DNA of 63,485 nt, counting the filler, from Guillardia theta CCMP2712 (Eukaryota > Protista > Cryptophyta): the NCBI RefSeq assembly GCF_000315625.1. It is 3 parts of 3 records of this genome, joined end to end, with 100 filler letters (N's around TTAATTAATTAA, not from the genome) between each part and the next. Parts side by side here need not be neighbours in the genome. Positions count along the whole stretch, not along the records: positions 20,181 to 36,051 come from NW_005434322.1; positions 36,152 to 63,485 come from NW_005434640.1; 1 more part is not named here. One strand, 5' to 3'. The notes under the pieces are model-generated. The model searched no databases, was not told where the DNA came from, and was given only the letters and a program-made list of their open reading frames with translations. Positions 27,672-40,015 of this stretch are shown here, one piece after another; the first letter of the stretch is position 1, and each line of letters begins with the position of its first letter. The position numbers were made by a program, and so were the translations under genes.

Positions 27672-30600
27672 ATGTTCTCAGCTCATGAGAAGCTCAAAGT
27701 GAGGAGCCAGAAGGTCAACCTGGACATCGACCTCGCCCAGAAGCAGGTGTCAGGAAACACCCAGGTAGAAATCCTTCAGAAGAAGATCGACCAGTCCATC
27801 ACCCTTCACGCTAGACAGCTGCATGTCAAATCGGTTTCTATCAACGGCGTTGCCGCAAGACATCACATGGTGCACAACACCCTGTTGGACAAGATCTGCC
27901 CGTCGGCCCATGACAACCACCGGGAGACCCGCGACCTTCTCAACTTCACCATTGCGTACAGGCGGGCGTATGAGAAGGCAGACAAGGGGGAGTTGTACAT
28001 TGAGATTCCTGCCAATGACCCAGCTGGAAACCCCTTGGTACCCAAAGAGCCAGGTGAGAACGAGACAGGAGCCAACGACGCGTCTATGGGGATCTGGAAG
28101 GTGGAAATCAAGTTCATGCTGAGGAATCCTCGGGGAGGCCTTATCTTCTCAGGGGGCCTGCCTGGTGACGTCCCAAGTCACTGCTACACTGACGGGCAGA
28201 TCGATTCCGCACGGATGTGGTTTCCTTGCTGGGATAGGCTCGATGTCAGCTATCCTCTGGAGGTTCGCGTGTCAGTCCCCGAAGGAAACATCGTGCTGTG
28301 CTCTCTGCCGGAGGTGGAGACGAGAGTGAAGAAGGGCAAACTGAGGTCGACGTTCATCAGTCAAGAAGGTTTCAACCTCCCCGTGCGGTCTCTGGCTCTG
28401 GCAGCGGGCCCATTCATCCGCCTCCCCGATCCAGGGATGTCCCAAAGAATCGTCCACTACTGCCTCCCACACGTCAACGCAGAGCAGGTAGCTCTTTGAT
28501 CCAACACTTGGACTTTGTTCGCTGACCAGATTGCATTGCTGCAGAGACTGGCGTTCTCGACTCAGTATGTCTCCCGCAGCGTGGAGCTGCTGGAGCAGAT
28601 GCTGGACTCAAGGCTCCCCAAAGAGCCCTACAAGCAGGTGTTCGTGTCGAGTCCGCCGCAGGACATCGACTCTCAACCGTCGCTGACTATCGCGTCCTCA
28701 TCCCTGCTCTTTGACCCGTCCAACCTCTTCCGGACGTTTGAGACTGTCCGCAAGCTCGTGCAGGCTCTGGTCTCCCAGTGGTTCGGGATCCACTCCTGGC
28801 TCCGACCTGACACTTGGCAAGACACATGGCTGCTCCTTGGGTTGGGGAGACATGTCACGAATCTGATCATGAAGAAGCACTTTGGCAACGCTTACTACCT
28901 GCATCACATCTGGGAAGAAACAGCCTACGTCTGTCAGACCGACGGAGCATCGATGAAACCGCTGTTTCACGACGCTCCCTCTCACCCCTCGGAGCACCTG
29001 GGCGACTTCAAGGCGAGGAAAGCAGCGCTGGTGATACGGCTGATAGAGAAGAGGATCGGGGAGGCGAATTTGAAGAAGGTGCTGGGCCACCTGCTGTCGA
29101 AGACGTGTCGAGGGCCGGAGTACATCAGCACGAAGAGGTTCTTCAAAGCGGTCAGGAAGTGTTCAGGGCAAGACATCGAGTCGCATCTGTCTCACTGGAT
29201 CTTCGGGACTGGGTGCACAACGATGACCGCGAACTTCAACCTGAACAAGAAGAGGAATCAGATCGAGATAGCAATGAGGGTGAGCAACGAGCAGCTCAGG
29301 GCTAAGTGCAAGCAGGACAGCGTCACCATCCGAGTGCACGAGACTGAAGTGACGTACGACCGGACGGTGAAGATGGAGGCCGACGAGTTCCTTGTGGACG
29401 AGTTTGCGCACCAGTCGAAGTGGAAGAAGACGAAGAAGGAGAAGGAGGCAGAGCGAGAGGGGGAGGACGAGATCATCGCAGAGATCGTGGAGAGAAACGA
29501 CACGCCTCTCCTCTGGATTCGAGTGGACCCAGAGCTGCACTGGATACGCAAAGTCGAGATGACGCAGACGGACTACATGTGGATCTATCAGCTGTACAAG
29601 GACCGTGACGTCGTGGCGCAGATGGAGGCGATCGATGGGCTGTGCAAGCAGTTCATCAAGCCGATAGTGGGGCCCGACGGGGAGATCCAGCAGACGAGCG
29701 AGTACATCAAGTCGTTGGTAGTCCGCGTACTCGTGGCGACGCTAGAGAACTCTCAGCTGTTCCATCAAGTGCGCGGCCATGCTGCCCTCGGTCTGGCAAG
29801 GCTCCGGGTAGTCGACCCGGAGAGCGGGTCCCTGAACTTCATGGGGGTGGAGCAGCTCCTGGCGTGCGCGAAGAAGTTTTGCTTCGAAGGTGACACGGAG
29901 CTCCCGAGACTGAACAACTTCTCGAAGCTCGACGACTACTTCGTCATCCTCCAGGTAGAAACGTTGCTGTGCTGTCCTCCACAGGCCCTGACAGGCTGAC
30001 TGCAGGTGATCAACGCGCTAGCTGTGTGCCGGGAGGAGGCTGGTGGGACGTCGGAAGGGTCTGAGGCGACGAAGGAAGTCTTTACCACCCTCTACCTCCT
30101 CCTCAAGTACAACGACAACTCGCAGAACGAGCTCTCGGACGGGGAGTACTTGGCCACTCTTATCCTCGCCCTCGGCCGCGCCACCTCCTCGCTGGAGGGT
30201 GAGGCCGACAAGACCCAGAAGATCGTGGCGAGGTACCTGCAGAGAGACCAGCTGATTCCTTCCTACTGCCATGCTGTGACCTGCTCGTCCCTGTTCACTC
30301 TGCAGAGGCTGCAGGCCCGGGGCCTGATCCCCATGGACCTCGAGATCTTCGAGACTCACTGCAAGGTGGGGCACAGCATCGACGTCAGGTGCGCAGCCTT
30401 CCGCTGCCTCGTCCGGCTCTCTCAGTTCAAACCGTCGCTGATCAAGCTGATCTTCACGGTCCTCCACCTCGAAAGGTCCTACCGTATCCGGAGCTGCGTT
30501 CTAGCCGAGTATCTTGACGGGCCTGCTTTGAAGATCAAGGCGAGCAGGGCGCTGGTAGCGAGCAACAGGGACAACCTTGCGATAGTCGATGAGATCTGGA

Positions 30601-33600
30601 AGTTCCTGAATGAGTCTACAGCGTACGATGTCAGTTGCCGGTTCCAGACAGCGAGCTTGTACTTCGTCCTGTTCGGCAACGGGATCCCCGAATGCCTCGT
30701 AGACAATCCATGGGCTGCTGACCTGAAGCCGATCCCTGGGCAGAAGGAAGTTGACTCGTTGCGATGGGACCCCAAGAAGCAGGAGCTCAAGGTCAAGTTT
30801 CAGATCGGCAGGAAGGACGCCAAGGTTGCCAAACGGCATCACTACCAGCAGGAGGAGCCTGTTCCCAGCCCCTTCCAGCCGTCCCCTCCAAAGAAGGCCA
30901 AGGGCATGCAGGCTCATCAGATGTCTGAGGAAGCCATGCGGCTCGCTCTGGAGAAGAAGGCTCGGAAAGAGCAGGAGGAGCGGGAGATGCGCGCGCGCGA
31001 GCGCGAGATCGGCCGTAACGTCCGCGAGCAGTACGAAGGGGGAGAGGTCGCCCAGTCGCCGTCTGCTCCCCGCGTGGTGTTCAACTGGCCTCCTGGCCGG
31101 GCAGTGACGAAGACCAAGTACGTCAGGTTCAACTTCGTGTGCACTCCTCCTCCCGGCCGCGGCTCCACTCCGGAGCCTCCCGAGGGCTGGGCGAAGCCCA
31201 TAGTGAGGAAGCCGAGCTCGGGCAAGAAGGAAAAACCGCCCAAGATTCGCTCTTCCGACGCTCCCAGGGTGCATCTCGATCACTATGCTGCCCCGGCGCT
31301 GGCCTCGGCCCCGGCTGCTGCGTCCTCTGCCGCTGCCCCAGCCCCTGCTGCTCACGATCAAGTGCCCGTGAGGCAAGCAGAAGCTCTTCCTGCTGGTGCT
31401 CTAGATATGTCGGCAGAGGAGAAGGCGAACGCAGGCCAGAAGCTGATCAAGCCGATGCCAATCTTCAACTGGCCTCCTGGAAACGTTCCCAAGCGCAAGC
31501 ACGTGAAGTTTCACTTCTTCTGCTCTCCTCCCGCGGGGTATCAGGGCAATGCCGTGTACGACGAGGTTGCACACCTTGACTCGCTGTTCCACGTCAACAG
31601 CATCTTGGAGGTGTTCACCTGCGACGACTGGTACAACGCCAAGATCACCCGCATCGACGTGTGCAGGGCGCTGGGGAGGGCGAAGATCGAGGTGCTGTAT
31701 GAGCAGGAGCCCGGGGTGTTCGGGTGCCAACCCAACGACGAGACGAGCTTCGAGATCTGCAAGAACATCGATGGAGTCTGGAGCAGCAGGGTGATGAGGC
31801 GACTGGTTACCGAGGAAGCTCGAGCCGCCCCCCTCCCTCCTCAGGCCCCCCAGGCCTCACAGGAGGTCAAGCCCCCGACAGAGGCACACGCGGACAAAGC
31901 GGTGGCTGAAGTTGCCAAGGATGCTTCCAGCTCTCCCCTGAGCAAGGCTATGGAGGAGAAAGAGGGAGAGAGGGAGAGGGAGAGGGAGAGGGAGAGGGAG
32001 AGGGAGAGGGAGAGGGAGAGGGAGAGGGTGGATAAAGAGAAGGAGAGAATGGATAAGGAGAGGGACAAGGAAAAAGAAAAAGCGAAAGAGAAGGAGAAGG
32101 AGGACAAGGACAAGGAGAAGAAGGAAAAGGAGGAGAGAAAGGAAAAGGAGAAGCCCAGTCAGGAGTGTTCGCTCGTCAAGGGACTCGTGGAGTCTCTCGG
32201 CAAGGGAGACGTCGCAAACCCTTCAGCAACTCCTGAGGCTTCTTCCCAGCTCGCATCCCCCCAGTCCGTTGCCGAGGTCCACATCCCGAAGCCCAGCGAG
32301 TGGACGTCGAACAACCCCTGCCTCTGGCCCCTCTACTACACCCGGCTGGAGGGCATCAAGATCGTGTTCCATCGGGTGAAAGACTACCCCCACGAGTACA
32401 AGAGGGTCAGCGTCAAGTTGGACCGCAAGGAGGACTGGAGAAGGGATCTTTCCCAGGAGGCCCTCAGCAGGTCCGGCCAGTCTCCGATGCAGCAGGACGG
32501 CGACAGCTCTCGGTCCACCCCGACCATCACCCCCTCGCCTTCTTCGCTTGTCCCTTCCCCCAGCCTCTCCACGATCTCTCTCCCTCCGAAGCTCGTCGGC
32601 TCGCACAACCAGATCGACGAGGCAGCGTTCCAAGGGATGCCGGCGCCGCAGCCCGACCGCCCTGCCTCTAGTGCGAATGTAGGGGAGAGGAGGCAGGAGA
32701 AGACGCAGGAGCAGGGGGAGAAAGAGGACAGGAAGGCTGGGAAGGGACTTTCTGAGAACGGAGAGCATCGAGAGAGCTCAAAGACTGAAGTGGAAGGGAA
32801 GGAAAAGAACCGCAAGGATGGCGAAGCGGCGGGGCGTTCGGTCTCACCGAGTGATGCTGGAAGGAGCAGCGCGACCCCTGGCGCACGAAAGGAGGAGAAG
32901 CGTTCGAGCCCCAGTGGTGGACAGGAAGAGAAGCAGGAGAAGGAGAAGGAGAAGGAGAAGGAGAGGGAAAGAGTATCTCCCAGCCTGAGTGATCAGGGGC
33001 AGGACCCGGAGGAGATGAGGATGAAGATCATTCACGCGCTCGCTCTCAAGGACATGACAAGGAACGAACTGGCTGACTTCCTCCAGCTGGAGGGCAAGAT
33101 CTCCAAGAGCCTCTGCAAGAGGGTCGCGACCCCCGTGCAGGGCGACGGGGAGGCCAGGAAGTACAGGCTGAGGGACGAGTGCTGGGAGTCAGTCCGGGCT
33201 GACGGGTGCGGGTTCTACAGCGAAGACGACAGGAGGGCCGTGGAGGTGAAGCTGTCGGAGAGGAGGGCGACGACTGCGGGCCTGCTGGCGGCCGCCCAGA
33301 CGTCGTTGGGGGACAAGGAGGAGGCGAGCGAGGGAGCGAGCGCGATTGCCAAGGGAGGAGGGCCAGGCTCCGCCTTCAAGCCTCCCAAGGGTGACGCGGC
33401 AAAGGTCAAGAAGGAGCCACCAGCTGGGGAGGGCGCAGCAGATCGCTCGAAGAGTCCAGCTGGGGTATCAGGCGGGGAGCGAACTAAGAGTCCAGCTGGG
33501 GTGTCAGGTGGGGAGCGAACTAAGAGTCCAGCTGGGGTATCAGGCGGGGAGCGAACTAAGAGTCCAGCTGGGGTGTCAGGTGGGGAGCGAACTAAGAGTC

Positions 33601-35073
33601 CAGCTGGGGTATCAGGTGGGGAGCGAACTAAGAGTCCTGCTGAGGTGTCAGGTGGGGAGCGAACTAAGAGTCCAGCTGGGGTATCAGGTGGGAAGGGGCT
33701 GGGGAAGGAGGCGGGCAAGGTGAGCCCGTCGAGCATCGGGGCGGACAAGCTGGCGAGCATCGCCATCCCGAAGAAGAAGAAGAGTGAGGAGGGAGAGAGC
33801 AGGTCCGTCACTCCTGCGTCCTCGAGCCCTGGGGAGAAGAAGAAGCGCTCGCCCGATGAAGGCTCCGGAGCTGTTGAGGCCCAGCTGAGCAAGAGGACGA
33901 AGGGAACAGACGGGGAGGAGAAGGCAGCGAGCAGGAAGAGGGACGGGGAGCAGGAGGTGGGCGAGGGCAAGGTCTGCTCCTCTTTTCCTGCTGGGTGTTG
34001 AGCTGATATTTTCGATTTTTCTTTCTGCCCTTCTCTGCCATATTCCCTTCCCTTCCCTTCCCTCTGCCTCCCCCCTCTCCCTCCTTCTGTCTCTCGCTCC
34101 CTCTCCTCCTCCTTGTTGTGTTGCCTGCTCTATCAGGTGGGTCAGAGCGAGCCCAGCGAAACTTTGCCACAAGTCCGAGTGAAGGAGGAGAAATCTTCTC
34201 CCTCCTCCCCCCCCTGCCCTTCTCCTCCTCGGATTCTCGCCGGGAACTCCAACTTAGAGGTCGAGCTTGTGATGTTGACCGTATGTGAGAGTGACATGAA
34301 CGAGGCAGACAAGCAGGGCCAGGCAGGAGGATGAAGACGAGAAGGAGAGGAAGGAGAGAGAGAGGAAGGAGAAGGAGAGGGTGAGGGAGGAGGAAGTCAA
34401 ACGCAAGGAGAAACAGTCGGATCGAGGAAAGGAAGCGACTGAGAGGGAGGAGGGGAAAGCACCAGAAGATCCTCCGAGCTTCAAGGCAAAGGAAGTCAAA
34501 ACAGAGGACAGAGACAATCTGCCAGACAAAGGCGAGCAAGTCAAGGAGGGCAGGCGAGACAAGCCGGAGCAGCAAGAGAGGAAGAGGGATTCTGTCAGCC
34601 CCTCGAATCCTGAGCCCTCCATGGGCGATCGGGAAAAGTCCCGCCCTCAGTCGCGGGAGGGAGAGGCGGGTGGGAAGAGGAAGAGGGAGAAGTCAGACGA
34701 GCCAGAGGCCAAGGAGAAGAAGAGGAAGAGAGAGGAAGGAGGGTCCAAGTCCAAGAGCCCCGACAAGAGCGGAGACGCCAAAGAGACTTGTGGCCAACAG
34801 CCTGCGGACAGCAGCGGAAGGTGGAGACGAGATCATGGCTGTGCTTCCTTTTCTCCGTCCTCCGTCCTCGCATCACGCTCCTCCCTTTCTGTCCCCCCTT
34901 CCTCACCCCCTTCTTTGACACATCCTCCCAACGTATCACGTTCTCTTGCTCCTCAATGTCGACTCTACTCCCCTCGCTCGCCTGCCTGCCTGCCTGCCTG
35001 CCTGCCTCCTCCTCCTCCTCCTCCTCCTCCTCCCGTCCTCCCCGCCTCTCCTTCACCCACCACCTCTTGCTGA
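27672..35073 (+). CDS. TAF2: Transcription initiation factor TFIID subunit 2 with a very long C-terminal extension
   Basis: Aminopeptidase-like fold (ITLHARQL, ARMWFPCWD, LVSQWFG) plus the TAF2 signature LLWIRVDPELHWIRKVEMTQTDYMWIYQLYKDRDVVAQMEAIDGL, NNFSKLDDYF and LLKYNDNSQN. Exons at ~27672-28486, 28545-29954, 30006-~33971 and ~34325-34820; the 3' end is approximate. Confidence 0.93.
33441..33692 (+). repeat. Coding 36-bp tandem repeat x7, encoding (E/D)R(T/S)KSPAGVSGG
   Basis: Seven in-frame units of gagcgaactaagagtccagctggggt(a/g)tcagg(c/t)ggg within the TAF2 tail. Confidence 0.95.
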
Positions 35074-35383
35074 CTAGCACTGCAGTGTTTCCCATCTCAG
35101 AATCCCCTCCCCGGAGCTCCCGGACTCGGACTGATCTTGTAGATACGAGAGCCCCCAACTTGTATATGTTAAATCAAAACTTAATCTCCTCATCTCGTTA
35201 ACGCCTCCCACCCCCGTCGACCCTGGACCCAGTTCGCTGCCCTACTTCATACCCCTCCTCCCTCCTTCACCCCCGCCTCTCTCGCTCTCAAACCCTCCTC
35301 GTCCCTCCTCCCTTAGCTCACATCTCCTTCTTGGCGCAGTACCTTCAACTCCCTCAGTCTCTCTCCGCACGACATCAGTCCCC

Positions 35384-37463
35384 TTACCCGAACGTCTGCG
35401 CACAGAGGGAAGCAGCCGCCTTTCTCTCCTCCTCCTCCACCTTCTCCTCGTTCGCGTGCTGCGTCAAGACCTCCAGCATCTTCTCCTCATCAGCCTCCCA
35501 CATGTCCATGCAGACTTCGTGGTAGACGTCCGGGAGGTCATCGTGCCGGGTGTAGCTGCAGCCATGGCCGTGAGCTGATGGGCCGGAGGAGGAAGGAGGA
35601 AGAAGAGAGGAGGGAGGAGGGAGGAGGGAAGAGGGAGGAGGGCTGTCTGCGGGCGGGCGTTGGGGGGGGGGGACGGGGGGTGTGGGGCGGGGGGGGGAGG
35701 GGGTGGTAGGGACGTCTCGACGCACAAGTTCTCGAGGTGGCATATTGATGGTTGATGCCGTCACGCTCAAATCAGGTACTTAGTCCACCTCTTTGGAACC
35801 ATGAAGGTCGTGTTGATGCAGGATCAGGCTTCCCTCAACTCCTGTGTCATTCAACACACTTCGTTTGTGACTGGGTGAAGAGTTCCGAGTCCGAAAAGAG
35901 TCACGTCATACATCACTTCGAAACCCACGTTCTCCAATCGCAGTTTGTACCCGCTACTTGGCAAAGGTTCCCTCAACCTCGCCCTGATGTATTTGGAAGG
36001 GTCCAAATCGGATGGACATCAGGTCCTGCCCGATGTTGCTCAACCTGTAGGNNNNNNNNNNNNNNNNNNNNNNNNNNNNNNNNNNNNNNNNNNNNTTAAT
36101 TAATTAANNNNNNNNNNNNNNNNNNNNNNNNNNNNNNNNNNNNNNNNNNNNACCTGCTCCTACCCTGCCGTTACCCTCCCCTTGGCCCCCCTCCTTTCCT
36201 CCCTCCCTCCCTCCCTCTCTCTTCCCGTCCTCTTCCTGTTCGATCTCCCTCACCGAAACGCAGTTTCCTCCCTCTCCGCAGCCTCCTTCAACATCGCTTG
36301 CATGCTCTCAGTGAGCTGCTTGATCTCCTTGTCCTGCTCCTCTGTCAGACTTCCAACATCTCCACCATCTCCCTTCACCTTCTGCCGTGTCAACTGCCTC
36401 GCGCCCTCAGCCATCTCCTCAAGACGCTGCTGCTGCTGCCTCTGCAGCTGCTCCACCACCTCCGCAGGGACCATCCTGCTTGCAAGGGATGCTCGTCAAG
36501 AGGACGGGAACCAAGGGGCACATCTCATCTCTCCTCTCCTCCTGCACATTCAGCCTCCTGTCCTCTCCTTTCCCCCTCCTCTTTCGTTCTTTCCTGCCTT
36601 CTGTTCCCCTTGACTCCCACTGCGCTCCTGCTACTTCGCTCCACCTTGCTCCTGTCTCCTTCGTCCTCCTCTCCTCTGCCCTTACTCTTTCTCTACCTAG
36701 CTCTAGCATCCTCCTCTCCCTTCTTCCCTCGTCTTTCATCTCCCCACGACCTCCTCCCTTCTGCCTCATGCATGCGGTACCTCGTGTGTGCAGGGCTGAG
36801 CGGAGGAGAGCTCTTCCCCGCAGCATCCTGCCATGCTTCGCCTTCCCCTCCCTGGCATGGGCGAAGTTCCGCCTCAGGGGTCGGAGAGCCGCATGCTTGA
36901 CTGTCAGACAGCTGATGGGGCGGTCGTTGAAACGACGGGGCCTCCTCGCCGCCCATGGCCTTGCCGTCGAGGATGCTACCGACTATCTCCCGCGCATGCT
37001 CAGACGCCAGGGACAGCTGAGACATGATCGCTGACGCGCTGCCTCCCTCTCTCGACCTGCGGCTCGTCTCCGTGCTCCGCACCATCCTCCTGGCATGCTC
37101 AACTGAGAGAGCCCCGACTTTCTCCAAGGAGGCGGCAAGAGGATCAGGAGGAGGCTTCCCCGTGGCAGCTTCATGAGGAAGTAATGAGCTCTCTCTGTTT
37201 GTGGTCTCTTCATCCTCCATCATCCTCGGAAGGAAGGGATCTCCTCCCCTCTCCCCTCTCTCCTTTCCCCTGGGCCCCTGGGCCCTCCCTGCCCTCCCTG
37301 CCCCTGCTTCTACCTCGACCCCCCCAGGGCCTCCCTCCCTACTGGCTCTTTGGTCCCTCCTTCTTCGTTCTTTGTCTTCTGCCTTTGGCCTCGCCTCTCC
37401 CCTCCCTTAGCCTCCCTGAATCCCCTCTCTGGCCCTTTCCCGCCACTCTTTCGCTCTCCCGCA
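35384..37463 (-). CDS. Multi-exon hypothetical protein spanning an assembly gap
   Basis: Coding-like exons at 36780-37223, 36250-36474 (coiled coil, ends TTTCG|GTGAG) and 35384-35580 (YHEVCMDMWEADEEKML). No family recognised. Confidence 0.45.
36052..36151. other. Assembly gap with artificial TTAATTAATTAA spacer
   Basis: Same 44N + linker + 44N structure as 20081-20180. Confidence 0.95.
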
Positions 37464-37831
37464 TGCCCGCCGCTACTGCCCGTCGCTCTCCGACATAAAG
37501 GGGTTTGAGCGGGGATGTGGTGAAAGCGCTTTTCGTACTTGAAGTAGAGCAGGAAAGCAGCTGAGACGGGGGAAGGGGAGGAGGAGAGAGGAGAGGGGAG
37601 AGCAGAGAGGAGAGAGGAGAGGGGAGAGGGGAGAGGGGAGAGGGGAGAGCAGAGAGGAGAGAGGAGAGGGAGAGCAGAGAAGGGAGGGGAGAGGGGAGAG
37701 CAGAGAGCAGAGAGCAGAGAGCAGAGAGCAGAGAGCAGAGAGCAGAGAAGGAGGGGAGAGGGGAGAGGGGAGAGCAGTGAAGAGCAAGCGCACAAGAAGG
37801 TCCTTGGGTTGAGGCCAGGGGGCAGCGATCT

Positions 37832-39549
37832 ATGGCTGAGACCAGCGCAGAGTTGCAGCTTCCCGAGGCCTGCCTGTGCCCCATTACCAGATGCGTCATG
37901 CAGGACCCCTACATGCTGGTCGACTCCGGTCACTCGTACGAGGGAGCAGCGATCCGCAAGTGGCTGGAGCGGAACTCCAGCGACCCATGCACGAACACCG
38001 AGGTGGGCAGCGAAGCAAACATGGTGCCGAACCATACTCTGAGGAGGCTCCTTGCGGACCTGCAAGATAGGATGCAGATGCAGAACTGGCTTCTCAGGAG
38101 AGAGGCGCAGGGAGCAGAAGGGTTGGTGATGGCAGATGCCCTCAAGAAGACGGAGAGGAAGGGAAGGAGGAGTAGAAGGGGAGGGGACAGCAGTGTCCCT
38201 TCCTTGGTGTACATCATAGTCGGTCAGATTTGCACTCTGACGACGCTGGTGCTGCACGAGGCGCTGCAGGCCCTGGCAGAGGAGACGATGAGCAGGAGAG
38301 TCGTTATCGTTCTCCTCCTGTTCCTCAACACGGCCGTGACGCTCCTAGTCGTGTGGCTGGTAAAGATCCTCGTCTTCCTCTTCCGCATCTTCCTCGATTA
38401 CCATGATAGCAAGGATGCGCAGAGCTCCAACGCCATAGCAGGAAGGAAGACTGAGGAGCTGGGAGGAGGAGAAGGAGGAAGGGTGGAGGCAACGAGGCGG
38501 CTGAGATGCTTGAGGACGATCAAGATGGAGAGCGGAGGAGGAGGCGTGCGGTCGTTGGGTGTCCGAGGAACGCGGTTGATCAGCATGGACAGCAAGTTCA
38601 ACATCAGATTGTGGGACCTGCGGACTTTTTCCTGCCTGCAGGAATTGAGGGGGGCAGCGAAGAGGTGTGGGCGATGGCGACGAGGGGGTCGAAGATCTTC
38701 CATGGAAAGTTTCTTCACAGGGTCCAGCTGCTGGACGGGGAGAAGGCGATGGGAGGAGAGGAGGAAGAGGAGAGAGGGAAGGAGGGGACGGGAGGAGGAG
38801 GGGGAGAGAAGAAGAACCAGAGTGGGGGGGAGGCGGGAAAGAGGAATCTGAGCAGACCCCAACCACTGGAAGCTCGTCCGCTGCCTGTGGTGTGTGGAGG
38901 AGGGTTCTACTTTGTGTCTACAGTGGATTGCAAGGTAGCAGTGCACCTGCGCTACGAGGCTTTCAACAGGCGGATGCAAGAGCTGCAGGGCCACGGGGGG
39001 TGGGTGAGAACGATCCTCTTCCTCCGATGTGGACATGGTTTGCTCGATCTGCAAGCTGGAGGAGAAGAGGAGGTCAGGTGGAGCGCGGATGAAGAGAATG
39101 AGGATGAAGGAGGACGAGGACGAGGACGAGAAGGGGGAGGAGGAGGAGGAGTGAGAATGTTGTTCACGGGCTCGGATGATGCCACGGTGAGGACCAGCTT
39201 GAACTGTGCTGCTGACGCTGACGAATGTCAGGTCCGCGTGTGGTACTTGGAGGAGGAAGAGGAGGGGCTGGTGATGAGGGACATGTGGCAGGCAGTAAGG
39301 GACGATAGAGGAAGGTCAGTCGTGCTGAGGGGACATCGGGGAGCTGTGCTGGGGTTGGCGGCGGCGGGAAGGTATCTGCTCTCGAGCTCTTACGATGGGA
39401 GCGTCAGGGTGTGGGGGATGGCGGCGGGGTGGGAATGCTTGCAAGTGCTGGAGGGGCACCGGGGGGCAGTGAATGAGGTGATAGTGCATGAGGGGATAGT
39501 GGTGAGCGGGTCGGAGGAGAGGGAGATCAAGGTGTGGGGATGGGTGTGA
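37832..39549 (+). CDS. U-box E3 ligase with hydrophobic/TM segment and WD40 repeats (one apparent frameshift near 38650)
   Basis: U-box LPEACLCPITRCVMQDP...SGHSYEGAAIRKWL...PCTN...MVPNHTLRRL; hydrophobic VVIVLLLFLNTAVTLLVVWLVKILVFLF; WD40 units IRLWDLRTFSCLQEL, LQGHGGWV, LFTGSDDAT|VRVW, LRGHRGAV...LLSSSYDGSVRVW, LEGHRGAV...VSGSEEREIKVW. In-frame 45-nt intron at ~39187-39231. Confidence 0.85.
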
Positions 39550-39780
39550 GGGAGGGAGGGGAGGAGGAGGGCAGAGGAAAGGAGAGCAGAGCAGAGCAGA
39601 GCAGAGCAGAGCAGAGCAGTGGAGGGGCTGGAGGTGTGTGTACGATCATTTGAATTTTATATATTTTCATGCTTGAAAGGCATGACAAAAGAAAAGAAGT
39701 TTATCTACATCTGAGCAAGAAACATCCGAGACAAGACGACACCTCATCACATTTATACATTACACGACATCTCTTTCCCC

Positions 39781-39977
39781 TCAGTCTCGATGGAACTTCT
39801 TCAGAGGGTGTTTGACAACTGATTGTATGATCTGATGATCGAGAATCTGCCAGCAAGTGAGGGACATCTTGCAGAGGGAAGGAGCAAACTCACGAAGTGA
39901 ATGAAGGGGAGGACGAAGAAGTAGAGGAAGACCCAGGTTGCGAGGATCTGGTTGAGGAACGATCAGTTCAAGAACTC

Positions 39978-40015
<38 letters not shown>

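Noticed and set aside
27672-29999. M1 aminopeptidase call
   Set aside because: HEXXH is absent (KLVQALVSQWFG) and TAF2-specific motifs are present.
33441-33692. CRISPR-like appearance of the 36-bp repeats
   Set aside because: The repeats are head-to-tail with no spacers, in frame within a eukaryotic gene, and there are no cas genes.
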